Positions 35,930-46,570 are shown, counted from the first letter of the stretch. The stretch: 54,818 nucleotides of DNA from Minisyncoccota bacterium (GCA_938023415.1 CALHEE010000028.1:1-54818), one strand, 5' to 3'. The notes: generated by a model from the letters alone, not told the origin. Program-made: numbers and translations.

Positions 35930-37021
35930 TTAAAAACCTCGCTTAATTTTTCGCCACCTTTCAATAAGGTAATTTAACCAGTATCTTTTTGAAAGGGGAA
36001 GATCTTGGGTTTCTAAATATTCTTTTTTGTACCCACCAAAACCCATTTTAAAGAGAGTCAATCCTGTCCAGGGATGTTTTGCTAATTTTAAATTTTCTTT
36101 CGAAATCGGGGCGATACCCCAGAAATTGAATTTCTTACATCCTCGCCTTTTCGCTTCTTTAATTGCCTCCCATTGTAAAAGATAAGAAATCGGAATTTTT
36201 GGATATTTTAAAAGAGAAGCTCCGTGATGATAAAAACCAATCTCTTGCCAAAAAACAAAAATTCCGCCAGCCAAAATTTCTTCTTTATATTTTCCCAAAA
36301 AAAGAGAGATTTCTCCTTCTTGAGCAAAAGCTAAAAGTTCATTTTTTAAATAATCAAAAGAAAATGGGACAAAATGTTGACGGCCTGCAAGATCAAAATA
36401 TATTCGATAAAAAATCTCAAGAGCGTTCAAGGTATCTTTTTCTAAATTATTTTTATCTGACGGGAAGTATTTGTAAATTTTAATTCCTGAATTTTTTTGG
36501 GCCTTTCTAATCAAATAGCGAGTGGTTTTTCTCATCCCCATTAAAAGATCTTCTTCTGATTTTGTAATATCTAGTTCCCAGGTAATTTCTGGATGAATAT
36601 GAATTGGAGCTTTTCGGAAACCACAATTTTTGAAAATTTTTTCGTTGTCTAAGTTTTTTGGCCAAATGGGAGCGACCCGAATAAAGATAGCCCTTTCTTT
36701 TTTTCCAATTTCTTTCAATTTTTCGATTAAAACTTTTAAAATCTCTGTCCTGAATTTTAATTCTTGCCCCTTTTTTTGAGATAAAATAGGAGCATGTGGT
36801 AATAACAAAAATCTTCCCCTTTTTGCCTCAATTTTTACTACCAAGGCAAGAGAAACTAGTTCATCGTTTTTGTAAATTCCAAATCTCCAAATTTTATTTC
36901 CCATTAATTTATTAAATTCCCCCCAATTCCAAGATTGCAAAAATGTTTTTTCTTGACAGTCTAAAAGGAAATTTTCCCAAATTTTTCTATTGTCAATTTC
37001 TTTTACCTCCATAAGATTCAA
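35930..37021 (-). CDS. FemAB-family peptidyltransferase (peptidoglycan interpeptide bridge formation type)
   Basis: FLQSWNWGEF, two GNAT-like halves, HHGAS, and FNFWGI, following the FemAB/MurM-like pattern. Confidence 0.7.
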   Translation of the reverse strand: MNLMEVKEIDNRKIWENFLLDCQEKTFLQSWNWGEFNKLMGNKIWRFGIYKNDELVSLALVVKIEAKRGRFLLLPHAPILSQKKGQELKFRTEILKVLIEKLKEIGKKERAIFIRVAPIWPKNLDNEKIFKNCGFRKAPIHIHPEITWELDITKSEEDLLMGMRKTTRYLIRKAQKNSGIKIYKYFPSDKNNLEKDTLNALEIFYRIYFDLAGRQHFVPFSFDYLKNELLAFAQEGEISLFLGKYKEEILAGGIFVFWQEIGFYHHGASLLKYPKIPISYLLQWEAIKEAKRRGCKKFNFWGIAPISKENLKLAKHPWTGLTLFKMGFGGYKKEYLETQDLPLSKRYWLNYLIERWRKIKRGF

Positions 37022-37077
37022 TTGTCCGATTAGAAAAAATTAAAGTTTTAGTGAATAAAAATCAACCCCTTGGTATG

Positions 37078-38334
37078 TTATTTGATAAGGTTTTTTAAAA
37101 CGATGGTGATGGTCTGAGCTGATCTTTCTGAAATTTGAATGTGGGTGGGAAGATTTAAGATGGATTTTGCCACTTTTTCTGCGATTGGACAAGAGCCAAA
37201 TTTATAGTGCATTTTTTCTTGGTCAGTATCAAAAGGAACAATGGGTGTCTTTCGCCATCCGTCATCTAAAAAAATGTTTTCTTTTTCAAGTCTTTTTAAA
37301 ATTTCATCTGTTTTTCTATTTTCTAAAATCAAAGGGTATCTCATATAAACTCTCCCTTTTTGGGGAATGGGAAGTTGAATATTTAAATCTTTCAAATTTT
37401 CATCATAAATTTTTGCAATTTTGTTTCGGTGTTGATTAAATTTCTCTAACTTTCTTAGTTGATGGAGGGCCAAAAACGCCAAAGCTTCCGGCAGTTTTTT
37501 AGGAAAATAAGATGGTAATTTTCCTTTTTTCTCAATTTCATTTACTGCCTTAGATAAAATTTTTAACTTTTGAAAAAAAACTAAAATCCACTTCCCTACC
37601 CCAAAAAAACCATAAAGAGGTTTAATGAAGCATTCAGTAAGAATTGGATGGAAAAGTTGTTTGAGTGTCCAGAAATAAGATGGAAAAGAACATCTTTTTT
37701 GAAATTCTTTCAATTTTTCGCCCAAAATAGGATCGTTGGTAATCGCCATTCCTCCGTAAACTGAAGAAATAACCTTATCTCGACCAAAGCTAAAAAAGCT
37801 TACCTTTCCGAAAGTCCCTAATTTTTTATTTTCTAAAGTCGCTCCCAAAGAATGGGCACAATCTTCAATTAAAATCAAATCATTCTCTGAACAAATTTCT
37901 CCAATTTCTTTTATCTTAGCTGGTAAACCAAAAGTATGTTGGATAATCACTGCCTTGCTTTTTGGAGTAATTTTCCTTTTTAAATCTTTGGGATCTAAAT
38001 TTAAGGTTTCTTTTTCAATATCAACAAAAATAGGTTTTAAATTCAAAGCCAAAATCGGATTTACCAAAGCATTACAGGTGAAAGCCTGAAGCAGAATTTC
38101 ATCACCTTCTTTAAAATTTAGAGAATTTAAAATTGCCAAAAGAGCAGATCTCCCACTATTAAAAGAGATGGCATATTTTACATTGAAGTATTCCTTAAAG
38201 TATTCTTCCAGCTCTCTAATGGCCGATTTTTTGGAAAATTTCCAGGGTTGAAAAATTATTCGTGAAATCAAAAAAAGATCATCTTTTTCTACATTAGGTG
38301 ATAAAGAAATAAAAATTGGTTTTGAAAATTTCAT
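37078..38334 (-). CDS. DegT/DnrJ/EryC1/StrS-family PLP-dependent aminotransferase-like protein with an extended C-terminus
   Basis: FNSGRSALLAIL, LLQAFTCNALV, IEDCAHSLG, and SFGRDKVIS (PLP lysine region). Confidence 0.65.
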   Translation of the reverse strand: MKFSKPIFISLSPNVEKDDLFLISRIIFQPWKFSKKSAIRELEEYFKEYFNVKYAISFNSGRSALLAILNSLNFKEGDEILLQAFTCNALVNPILALNLKPIFVDIEKETLNLDPKDLKRKITPKSKAVIIQHTFGLPAKIKEIGEICSENDLILIEDCAHSLGATLENKKLGTFGKVSFFSFGRDKVISSVYGGMAITNDPILGEKLKEFQKRCSFPSYFWTLKQLFHPILTECFIKPLYGFFGVGKWILVFFQKLKILSKAVNEIEKKGKLPSYFPKKLPEALAFLALHQLRKLEKFNQHRNKIAKIYDENLKDLNIQLPIPQKGRVYMRYPLILENRKTDEILKRLEKENIFLDDGWRKTPIVPFDTDQEKMHYKFGSCPIAEKVAKSILNLPTHIQISERSAQTITIVLKNLIK

Positions 38335-39950
38335 GGTCTCAAAATAGTTTTTACGATTTCTTCAGAAACCCTTCCCTCCAAAAGAAGAACATTTTCTGGT
38401 GAGGCAAATTTCTTAATTTTTTCAAGGATTTTTCGAGGATTTTCTAAAAATAAAATATTTTCTTTGGGTATTTTTTCTGAGATTGCCCCCTCCTTTATCT
38501 CTTTGAATCTATCTTTTGTCGTGATGATGGCAAGATCACAAACTTTTCCAATTTCTTTTCCAATTTTTCGATGAACCTGGGGAGAGGCCTTTCCTAATTC
38601 AATAAGACAAGGCATAATGATAATTTTCTTGCCCGGCCAAATTTTTAGGTATTCTAAATGAGCAATCACACTGTTTGGATTGAGAGAATAAGTAGAGGCA
38701 ATAACATTTATCCCCCTAATTCCTTTTTTAATCACCACTCCCCCGCTTTCAGGCTTAATTTTTTGACAAGCAATAGCTATTTCTTTTAAACTCATTCTCA
38801 ATTCTGTAGCTACTGCTATGGCCAATAGAATATTCTCAATATTGTGGGCACCGATTAAATTAACTTTAAACTCGACTTTTTCATTCTGTTTGGAAAAGAC
38901 AAGAAAAGAAAGGAATTCTTTTTCTAAGCTGAGAGTTTCTGCCCAAAAATCAAAAGAAAAATTTTTAGGTAATTTTCCGTTCAGGCGATAACAAATTTTT
39001 TTTCTTATTTTCGTTTCTTGATAAATTTTTTGAGAGAAAAAATTATTTCCATTAAAAATTGCTAAACCATCTTCAGGTAAACTCTCAATTAACTCTTTAC
39101 CTCCCTCGGCTGACAAAAGGTTTTCCATTGAACCAAAAAGAGCAAGGTGTTGCTCATTGACGCCAGTTAAAATGCCAATTTTAGGCTTTGTCATTTCTGC
39201 CAGCAATTTTATTTCTCCTTTTTTGTAAGCTCCCATCTCAACAACAAAAATTTGGTGTTCAGGAGTTAATTCTTCCAAGATACACTTTGCGATTCCTACT
39301 TCATTATTCTGATTTTTTTTAGTTTTTAAAACTTTAAATTTTTCTGATAAAATAGTGGCTAAAAATTCTTTGGTTGAGGTTTTGCCATAAGAACCAGTAA
39401 TGCCAATGACTATTAAATCTTTGAATTTTTCTCTTTTTTCTTTTGCTTTTTTAATGAGAAGTCTTTTGTAAAGAAAAGTTATGGGTTGGAAAATTAAAAC
39501 CGTGAGGGAGGTCAAAAAAGGAGTAAAGAGATCGTAAAATAAAAGCCAAAAGAAAAAAGAAGATTGATCAAGTTTTGCTTTAAAAAGAAAGAGGAGGAAA
39601 GAAATGACTAAAATAAAGTTGATAGTGGTCAAAAAAATTATTTTTTTGGTAAAAATTGGCTTGATTAATTTTTTAAGGAAGAGATTTTTAAAAAAAATTA
39701 CTCCTTCTCCTAAATAGAGAAAGAGAACAAGAAAGAGGGGGAAAAAAGAGAAGAAAAAAGAAAAAATTAAAAATATTTTCAAGAGCTGAAAGGGATTAAA
39801 AATTAATCTTTTTCCTTTTTCTGTTCTAAAATGGTCAAAAAAACGATCCAGCCGATATTCTTTCAATTGCCATAAACTAAGCCAAAAGAAAACAGCTTTT
39901 GTTTGGTAAAAAAGCCAAATAATTAAAATTGGAAATAGGCTAATTCTCAT
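38331..39950 (-). CDS. MurF-like Mur ligase fused to an N-terminal multi-TM domain of about 170 aa
   Basis: GITGSYGKTSTKEFL P-loop, VEMGAYKKGEI, ILTGVNEQHL, and STYSLNPNSV. These are preceded by 4-5 hydrophobic helices. Confidence 0.65.
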   Translation of the reverse strand: MRISLFPILIIWLFYQTKAVFFWLSLWQLKEYRLDRFFDHFRTEKGKRLIFNPFQLLKIFLIFSFFFSFFPLFLVLFLYLGEGVIFFKNLFLKKLIKPIFTKKIIFLTTINFILVISFLLFLFKAKLDQSSFFFWLLFYDLFTPFLTSLTVLIFQPITFLYKRLLIKKAKEKREKFKDLIVIGITGSYGKTSTKEFLATILSEKFKVLKTKKNQNNEVGIAKCILEELTPEHQIFVVEMGAYKKGEIKLLAEMTKPKIGILTGVNEQHLALFGSMENLLSAEGGKELIESLPEDGLAIFNGNNFFSQKIYQETKIRKKICYRLNGKLPKNFSFDFWAETLSLEKEFLSFLVFSKQNEKVEFKVNLIGAHNIENILLAIAVATELRMSLKEIAIACQKIKPESGGVVIKKGIRGINVIASTYSLNPNSVIAHLEYLKIWPGKKIIIMPCLIELGKASPQVHRKIGKEIGKVCDLAIITTKDRFKEIKEGAISEKIPKENILFLENPRKILEKIKKFASPENVLLLEGRVSEEIVKTILRP

Positions 39951-39967
39951 TAATTGAGTTATTGAAT

Positions 39968-40759
39968 TTATGGCGAAAAAAAGTTAGTGATGGTTTGGGC
40001 CAGTTTTTCTGGGGCTTCTAAATGGGGGCTGTGGCGGATTCCAGGTAAAATTTCCAATCTTGAATTTTTGATTTTCTCTTTGAACAAAAAAGCATGTTTT
40101 AGAGGAACAATCTTGTCTTTTTCTCCCCAAATAATTAAAGTTTTTACTCTAACTTGAGAAAGCGTGGGCAATAAATCCTCCTCTAATATCTTTTTCATTG
40201 TCTCTTTCATTACTCCCTTGGCTTTTCCATAGTCTCTATCTCTTAAAAACCGATAAAAAATATTTCTTGCTCGGTCTTGAAGTCTTCGAAAAAATTTTGG
40301 AGAAAAAATGGCATTGCCAATGAGAGCTAATAAAAAAATTGCTTTCTCTTTTAGACCCCATTTTTCTTTTATTCCCGCGGAATTACAAAGAAAAAGAGCC
40401 TTTATTTTTTCTGGATAAAAAACAGAAAATTTTACAGCTATTCTTCCACCAAAAGAATGACCCAAAAGAAAAAAATCATTTAATCTTAAGTAATCGCTGA
40501 ATTTTTTTAACCATTGACTATATTCTGTTAAACTCCAAGCTTCTGGTGGTGGAGCGCTTTTTCCAAAACCTGGAAGGTCAGGGCAAATGACTTGAAATTT
40601 TTCCTTCAAAATTTCTATTACTATTTTCCAAGAATCGGAAGAACCTCCCCAACCATGTAAAATTAAAAAGGGAGTACCCCCTCCTGCAATTTTGTAATTT
40701 ATTTTTAAATTTTCAATCAAAGCTTCTTTTTCTTCCATGGCCCTTTTAAAATTTTTCAT
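39968..40759 (-). CDS. Alpha/beta hydrolase
   Basis: HGWGGS oxyanion region, nucleophile elbow GHSFGG, and a C-terminal GIRHSPHLE (His). Confidence 0.75.
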   Translation of the reverse strand: MKNFKRAMEEKEALIENLKINYKIAGGGTPFLILHGWGGSSDSWKIVIEILKEKFQVICPDLPGFGKSAPPPEAWSLTEYSQWLKKFSDYLRLNDFFLLGHSFGGRIAVKFSVFYPEKIKALFLCNSAGIKEKWGLKEKAIFLLALIGNAIFSPKFFRRLQDRARNIFYRFLRDRDYGKAKGVMKETMKKILEEDLLPTLSQVRVKTLIIWGEKDKIVPLKHAFLFKEKIKNSRLEILPGIRHSPHLEAPEKLAQTITNFFSP

Positions 40760-42009
40760 CTCTTAATTTCTTTAAAAGGGAGGTACTTTTGTAGAACTTC
40801 AGGCACTTTTATAAAACCTTCTTTTTGTTGATAATTTTCAATAATGGCAATTAATGTTCTTCCGATGGCAAAGGCAGTGCCATTGATAGTATGGACAAAG
40901 CTTAATTTTCCTGATTTTTCTCGATAACGAATGTTTAATCTTCGGGCCTGAAAATCAGTGCAATTTGAGGTAGAATGGGTTTCTCGATAACGATTTTCAG
41001 AAGGAAACCAAGCTTCAATGTCGTATTTAGCAGCAGCTGGATCTCCCAAATCCCCAGTGCAAATTTGAACTACTCGATAAGGAATCTTTAAAAGTTGCAT
41101 CAATTTTTCCTCTAAAGACAAGAAAAAAAGATGTTCTTTTTTTGATTCTTCTGGCTTACAAAAACTAAACATTTCAATTTTGTCAAACTGGTGGACCCGA
41201 AAAATTCCCTTTGTCTCTTTTCCGTAGGAACCAGCCTCTCTCCGAAAACAAGAGGAAAAGCCCAAATATCTTTTTGGCAATTCTTTTTCTTGAAAAATCT
41301 CTCCCATATGCATTGGACCGATAATTTGTTCTGCAGTTCCGATAAGGTAAAGACCATCTTTTTCAAGAAAATAAACTTCGTTTTTCCCTCTTTCTAAATA
41401 TCCCATCCCTCGAAAAGGCTTTTCTCTAATGAGTACGGGAGGGATAATGGGAATAAATCCTTCCTTAGTCAAGGTCTCGAAAGTAAACTGAAGAAGGGCA
41501 AACTCTAAAAAGACAGCTTCTCTTTTGAGAAAGGCAAATTTCGTGCCTGAGGTTTTGGCTGATCTTTCAATATCTATTAAATCTAATGATTTGGCAATTT
41601 CTAAATAACTTTTAGGCGGAAAATCAAACTTTGGCCTCTCGCCTACTTCTCTTAAAACGACATTATCTTTCTCATCTTTACCTACGGGAACCTCATCAAA
41701 AGGTAAATTAGGAATTTTAAGCATCAATTCCTCAAAATTTTTCTCCAATTCTTTTAGTTTCTTATTCAAATTTTCTTCTTCTTGATCTAATCTCCTCAAT
41801 CTTAAAATCAATTCCTTTTTCTCTTTCATTCTTGAGATCTCTCTACCTGCTCTGTTTTTTTCAGCCCTTATTTTTTCGATATTTTTTAAGAGCTCTCTCT
41901 TTTCTTTGTCTATTTGAAGCAATATTTCAATATCCACTTCCACTCCCTTTTTTCGACAGCCCTCTTTTACTTTCTCTGGATTTTGACGAATAAATTTAAT
42001 GTCTAACAT
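40756..42009 (-). CDS. serS: Serine--tRNA ligase
   Basis: MLDIKFIRQNPE, an N-terminal coiled-coil arm, and class II motifs (FRRE, GTAFAIGRTL). Confidence 0.92.
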   Translation of the reverse strand: MLDIKFIRQNPEKVKEGCRKKGVEVDIEILLQIDKEKRELLKNIEKIRAEKNRAGREISRMKEKKELILRLRRLDQEEENLNKKLKELEKNFEELMLKIPNLPFDEVPVGKDEKDNVVLREVGERPKFDFPPKSYLEIAKSLDLIDIERSAKTSGTKFAFLKREAVFLEFALLQFTFETLTKEGFIPIIPPVLIREKPFRGMGYLERGKNEVYFLEKDGLYLIGTAEQIIGPMHMGEIFQEKELPKRYLGFSSCFRREAGSYGKETKGIFRVHQFDKIEMFSFCKPEESKKEHLFFLSLEEKLMQLLKIPYRVVQICTGDLGDPAAAKYDIEAWFPSENRYRETHSTSNCTDFQARRLNIRYREKSGKLSFVHTINGTAFAIGRTLIAIIENYQQKEGFIKVPEVLQKYLPFKEIKR

Positions 42010-42018
42010 TTTAAGCTT

Positions 42019-43482
42019 TTATTTTGGTCTCATTGTCGGGAAAAGAATCACCTCTCTCAAAGAATAAACATCAGTAAGGAGAGCGACAAAGCGATCAATT
42101 CCCATTCCAAAACCTGCTGCTGGAGGCATGCCATATTCTAAAGCCTCCAAAAAATCTTCATCCATTCTTTGGGCTTCTTCAAAACCAGCTTCAAAAAATC
42201 TTTCTTGCTCTTCAAATCTTCGTCTTTGCTCGATTGGATCGTTTAATTCCGAAAAGGCATTAACCAACTCGATACCTGCTACGATAAGCTGAAAATTAGC
42301 TAATTTTTTTGGGTTTTTTTCTAAAGCTTTAGCCAAAGGTTGAAAACCCAAAGGATAATGAATGACAAAAGTAGGTTGATGAATTTTTGGTCGACAAATT
42401 TTCTTAAAGATTTCGTCGGCAATTTCAAATTTTGGCATTCCCTCCTTCACCTCTAAACCCAATTCTTTCGCTTTTTGAAAAAACCTCTTTTCATTAGAGG
42501 AAAAATAATCTATTTTGGCCTCTTTTCTTAAAATTACCTCAAATTCCACTCTTGGCCAGGGAGTTTTAAAATCGATTTCTTTTCCCTGATAAACAATTTT
42601 TGTTTTCTTGAAAATTTTCTTCAAAATAGTCACGATCATTCTTTCAGTCAGGCGCATCATATCCTTATAATCTGCATAAGCCCAATAAAATTCAAGCATA
42701 GTAAAGTCTGGATTGTGAAATCTGTCCATTCCTTCGTTGCGAAAACACTTGCCAATTTCATATACTTTTTCAAAACCGCCAACTAAAAGACGCTTTAGAT
42801 AAAGTTCAGGCGAAATTCTCAAATAAAGATCAAGATCTAAAGCGTTTAAATGGGTCTTAAAAGGCCTTGCCCTTGCCCCTCCATAGATTGGTTGTAAGAT
42901 TGGAGTTTCCACCTCCAAAAATCCTTCTTTTTCTAGAAAATTTCTAATTTCCCGGATGATTTTTGAACGAAGTTGAAACTTTGTTTTTATTTCTGGATTA
43001 AAAATTAAGTCTAAATATCTCTTCCTAAACCTTTCTTCAACATCTTTTAATCCATGCCATTTTTCTGGCAAAGGTAATAAACTCTTTGCCAGCATTTTAA
43101 AATCTCTTACCTCGATTGTCTTTTCGCCAGTTTTAGTTTTAAATAAACTACCTCTCAGTTCAACAAAATCACCAAGATCAAAATTATCCAAAAAAAATTG
43201 ATAACCTTTTTCCCCTATCTTATTCTCCATTAAAGCTGCTTGAATCTTTCCTGTCCCATCTTCAATATCTAAAAAAGTAAGCCGACCATGAGTCCTCAAA
43301 GAGATAATTCGTCCCACCAAGATTACCTCCTTTTTTTTCTGAGAAAAAGTCAAAAATTTTCTTAGAACTTCTTTGATTTGATGAGTTCTTTTTGTTTCTA
43401 AAGGAAAGGCGAGCATCCCTGCTTTTTTAAGCTTTTCTAATTTTTTTACTCGGATTTCTTTTAATTCTTTAATTGATGACAT
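42019..43482 (-). CDS. lysS: Lysine--tRNA ligase, class II
   Basis: OB-fold N-domain, LRISPELYLKRL, FRNEG, and GMGIDRFV. Confidence 0.92.
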   Translation of the reverse strand: MSSIKELKEIRVKKLEKLKKAGMLAFPLETKRTHQIKEVLRKFLTFSQKKKEVILVGRIISLRTHGRLTFLDIEDGTGKIQAALMENKIGEKGYQFFLDNFDLGDFVELRGSLFKTKTGEKTIEVRDFKMLAKSLLPLPEKWHGLKDVEERFRKRYLDLIFNPEIKTKFQLRSKIIREIRNFLEKEGFLEVETPILQPIYGGARARPFKTHLNALDLDLYLRISPELYLKRLLVGGFEKVYEIGKCFRNEGMDRFHNPDFTMLEFYWAYADYKDMMRLTERMIVTILKKIFKKTKIVYQGKEIDFKTPWPRVEFEVILRKEAKIDYFSSNEKRFFQKAKELGLEVKEGMPKFEIADEIFKKICRPKIHQPTFVIHYPLGFQPLAKALEKNPKKLANFQLIVAGIELVNAFSELNDPIEQRRRFEEQERFFEAGFEEAQRMDEDFLEALEYGMPPAAGFGMGIDRFVALLTDVYSLREVILFPTMRPK

Positions 43483-43513
43483 ATTTAAATTTTAACCAAT
43501 TTTAATTTCAAAA

Positions 43514-45466
43514 TCAAAGTTTCTGGCTAAAATACCATTCCAAGACTTCTTTTGCTACGGGCAAAACGGTTAGTTGGTGTTCAATTTCCCTTTCTGGCAC
43601 ATCTTCAATAACCAAAGTTAAAACAATTTCTGGATTTTCATAAGGAGCAAAAACAATTACCCAAGTATGATAGAATTTTTTACCTTGAAAATAAACTTCT
43701 GCTGTGCCTGTTTTGGCAGCAGCTGAAACCGGGAGAGAATTTAATAAAGTAGCGGTAGCAGAGGGTGAATTTTTTCCCGTAACTGCCTGACGCATCCCTT
43801 CTCTTACAATTTCCAATGTCTGGGAGTCGACGAAATTTTCCCTCACGATCTTTGGTTTTATCTCCTCAACGACATTTTTTGAAACATCAACTATTTTCTG
43901 AACGAGCTGGGGCTGAAAAAGAGTGCCTCCATTGGCAATCGCTGAAAAAGCGCTCGCAAGCTGAAGGGGGGTGACTAAGATAAAACCTTGACCAATGGCT
44001 AAATTATAAGTATCGCCATCTCGCCAGATTTTATCTTTTGGATTTTTAAAGTATTTTTCTTTCCACTCCGGATCAGGAATCAACCCTCGCGATTCGCCAG
44101 CTAACTCAATACCGGTTTCTTTTCCTAGGCCAAAAAGTTCAAGGTATTTTTTAATTCTTTTTGCCCCCAACCCTTCTCTTTCAAACCCTCCAGCAACACT
44201 GTAAAAATAAACATTACAAGACTCGGCGATGGCTTTCCTTAAATCAGTTAATCCATGAGTTTTCCAATCCTTTTTAATGGTAGGAGATGTTGGATCCCAG
44301 GGATTAGGAATGACAATTTTCCCCTGGCAATTTATTTTTTCTGATGGATGAATGATCTTTTCTTCTAAAATCCCCACCGCCACCAGTGGTTTGATCGTTG
44401 ATCCGGGAATATATTCTCCGCTGATTGCCCGATTAAAAAGAGGTTGGTCTGGATCTTGAAGTATTTGTAAAATTTTTTCACTCTCTTTAAAGGAAAAAAG
44501 ATTATTATCATAAGAGGGCAAAGATAAAAGAGCCAAAATCCCACCGGATCTAGGATCGATAGCTACAGCGGCTGCTTTTTTTGCTTTTAAATCTCGGAGT
44601 CTTTTTTCTAAGACATCTTTAATCTTTTTTTGGAGATCTTTATCTAACCATAAAACCAAACTTTTCCCTGAATCTGGCAAGGAGACAACTTCTTGAGAAA
44701 TTACTTTTCCCAAGGCATTCCTTTCTACCTTTATTTTCCCTGGCCTTTTTCTTAAAATTTTCTCAAAACTTTCCTCTATTCCATATTTGCCAACATCATC
44801 GAGTGGGGAATAAATTTCTGGTTCTTTTTTCAATTGTTCGCTACTTACCTTCCCCATGTAACCTATTAAATGAGCAAAATATTCTCCTTCTGGATAATAA
44901 CGATGAGAGCTTCTGATGATTTCAAATCCTGGCAGTTGATGAATCTTTGTTTCCAAAATGATTAATGTTTTCCTGTCAAGATTTTCTGAAACGAAAACTA
45001 AGGAGTTTCCTTTTTCTATTTTCTCCATTAGCTGTTGAGGGTTAATTTTTAAAATCTGAGAAACCTCTTTCAAAACTTTTTCTTTTTCAATTTGATCTTT
45101 TGGTAATTTTTCTTTATTACAAGCTAACTTAAACACATCCTGGTTAAAAACCAACTGATTGAAATTGCGATCGTAAATTACTCCTCTTTGGGCTTGAATT
45201 TTTTTGAAAAGATAACGGTTAGCTTCACTCTCTCCACTAAAATGTTTTCCTTCAATAATTTGAAGCTGGAAAAGACGAAAAAAGAGGAAAATGATAACAA
45301 TGATGGAAAAAAAACGAAAAAGTTGCAGTGGTCTTAAAATAGGCATCTCCAATTTCTTTTCAGACAATCCATGCTCTCTTTCTTTTCTTTTGGCCAATTT
45401 ATCTAATAATACTTCTTGTGGCTCAATTTCCTTCTTAAAAAATTTTTTGTTCGCCAATCTGGACAT
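43514..45466 (-). CDS. mrdA: Penicillin-binding protein 2 (elongation transpeptidase)
   Basis: TM anchor, STIKP, SCN (ESCNVY), and KTGTAE. It lies downstream of mreC-mreD. Confidence 0.85.
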   Translation of the reverse strand: MSRLANKKFFKKEIEPQEVLLDKLAKRKEREHGLSEKKLEMPILRPLQLFRFFSIIVIIFLFFRLFQLQIIEGKHFSGESEANRYLFKKIQAQRGVIYDRNFNQLVFNQDVFKLACNKEKLPKDQIEKEKVLKEVSQILKINPQQLMEKIEKGNSLVFVSENLDRKTLIILETKIHQLPGFEIIRSSHRYYPEGEYFAHLIGYMGKVSSEQLKKEPEIYSPLDDVGKYGIEESFEKILRKRPGKIKVERNALGKVISQEVVSLPDSGKSLVLWLDKDLQKKIKDVLEKRLRDLKAKKAAAVAIDPRSGGILALLSLPSYDNNLFSFKESEKILQILQDPDQPLFNRAISGEYIPGSTIKPLVAVGILEEKIIHPSEKINCQGKIVIPNPWDPTSPTIKKDWKTHGLTDLRKAIAESCNVYFYSVAGGFEREGLGAKRIKKYLELFGLGKETGIELAGESRGLIPDPEWKEKYFKNPKDKIWRDGDTYNLAIGQGFILVTPLQLASAFSAIANGGTLFQPQLVQKIVDVSKNVVEEIKPKIVRENFVDSQTLEIVREGMRQAVTGKNSPSATATLLNSLPVSAAAKTGTAEVYFQGKKFYHTWVIVFAPYENPEIVLTLVIEDVPEREIEHQLTVLPVAKEVLEWYFSQKL

Positions 45467-45758
45467 ATTGCTTCAAAAAAAATTTAATAAAAAGAGAAAT
45501 AAGAACGAAAAGTAAGACATGAAAACCGATAAAACTTTCCGAAAAAATATCAAGTAAAAAACCAGCGAAAAAAGCAAATAGAATACCAAAATTTTCCTCC
45601 TTTTTTTCCAAAAGATTAATTAAAAGCAAAACTAAGAAAACCAAATTAAAGAAATTGTTTCCTGAAAAACTCCAAAAAAATCGAAAATGAGGTAAAAAAC
45701 TTATTTGAAAAAGAACCAAAAAATAGAGAAAAAGCAAAATGAAAGGTTTCTTTACCAT
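45435..45758 (-). CDS. mreD: Rod shape-determining protein MreD
   Basis: 107-aa polytopic membrane protein located between mreC and mrdA. Confidence 0.6.
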   Translation of the reverse strand: MVKKPFILLFLYFLVLFQISFLPHFRFFWSFSGNNFFNLVFLVLLLINLLEKKEENFGILFAFFAGFLLDIFSESFIGFHVLLFVLISLFIKFFLKQYVQIGEQKIF

Positions 45759-46540
45759 TGTTTAATGACAAAAAGAAATTTTAACTTATCAATCTCAAAA
45801 TAAGGTTGAATTTCTGCTTTCTGAAAAGCTTCGAGATCTGATTTTTCAATTTTTTTAATTTCTCCGACCAAAAGACCCTTTGGAAAAATACCACCGAGAC
45901 TGGAAGTGATGACAACATCTTTTTCCCTAATTTCTTTTTCCAATGGTAAAAGCTCAAAAGAAATTTGGCAATTGCCCCTACCTTTCACCAATCCGTAAAT
46001 TTCTTTTTCAGGAATTTCTCCATCAAAAAAGGAATTTTTGGCACTAATTAATTTCACTTTAGAAAAGTTCTCGTAAACTTCCTCAACCTTCCCAATCAAA
46101 ACTTTTTCTCCAGTAATCACCGGAAGTTCTTTTTTTATTCCCTCTTTCTTTCCTTTATTAATTAGCAATAAATCATTGCCAATATCTCTTCCGATCACTT
46201 CTACTAAATCTAAAATAAATTCTTTTTCCAGGCCAATTTCTAAAGCCTTTTTTAAAAACTCATTTTCTTTTTTCACTTCCTTTAAGGCGAAAAGTTCAGC
46301 CAATAATTCTTGATTTTTCGTTTTAAGATTTTTGTTTTCTTCTTTTAATTTTTCAACTTCAAAAACTCCTCTTAAAAAACCTGCCACTCCTTGTCCTCCT
46401 TTCCAAAGTTGTTTCTGGATAGGAGCTGAAATAAGGTAAAAAAAATTTTTCACCTTTAAGCGGAAAAAATTTAGAGAAAATAAAAATGAGAAAGAGAGAA
46501 TAAAAATTAAGATCTTTTTTTGTTTTTCTGAAATTTTCAT
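45752..46540 (-). CDS. mreC: Rod shape-determining protein MreC
   Basis: TM helix, a coiled coil (KEENKNLKTKNQELLAEL), and a beta-barrel region with VITSSLGGIFPKGLLVGEI. Confidence 0.8.
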   Translation of the reverse strand: MKISEKQKKILIFILSFSFLFSLNFFRLKVKNFFYLISAPIQKQLWKGGQGVAGFLRGVFEVEKLKEENKNLKTKNQELLAELFALKEVKKENEFLKKALEIGLEKEFILDLVEVIGRDIGNDLLLINKGKKEGIKKELPVITGEKVLIGKVEEVYENFSKVKLISAKNSFFDGEIPEKEIYGLVKGRGNCQISFELLPLEKEIREKDVVITSSLGGIFPKGLLVGEIKKIEKSDLEAFQKAEIQPYFEIDKLKFLFVIKQW

Positions 46541-46570
46541 TTTTTTATTTTAACACACCTTTGGGAAGAT

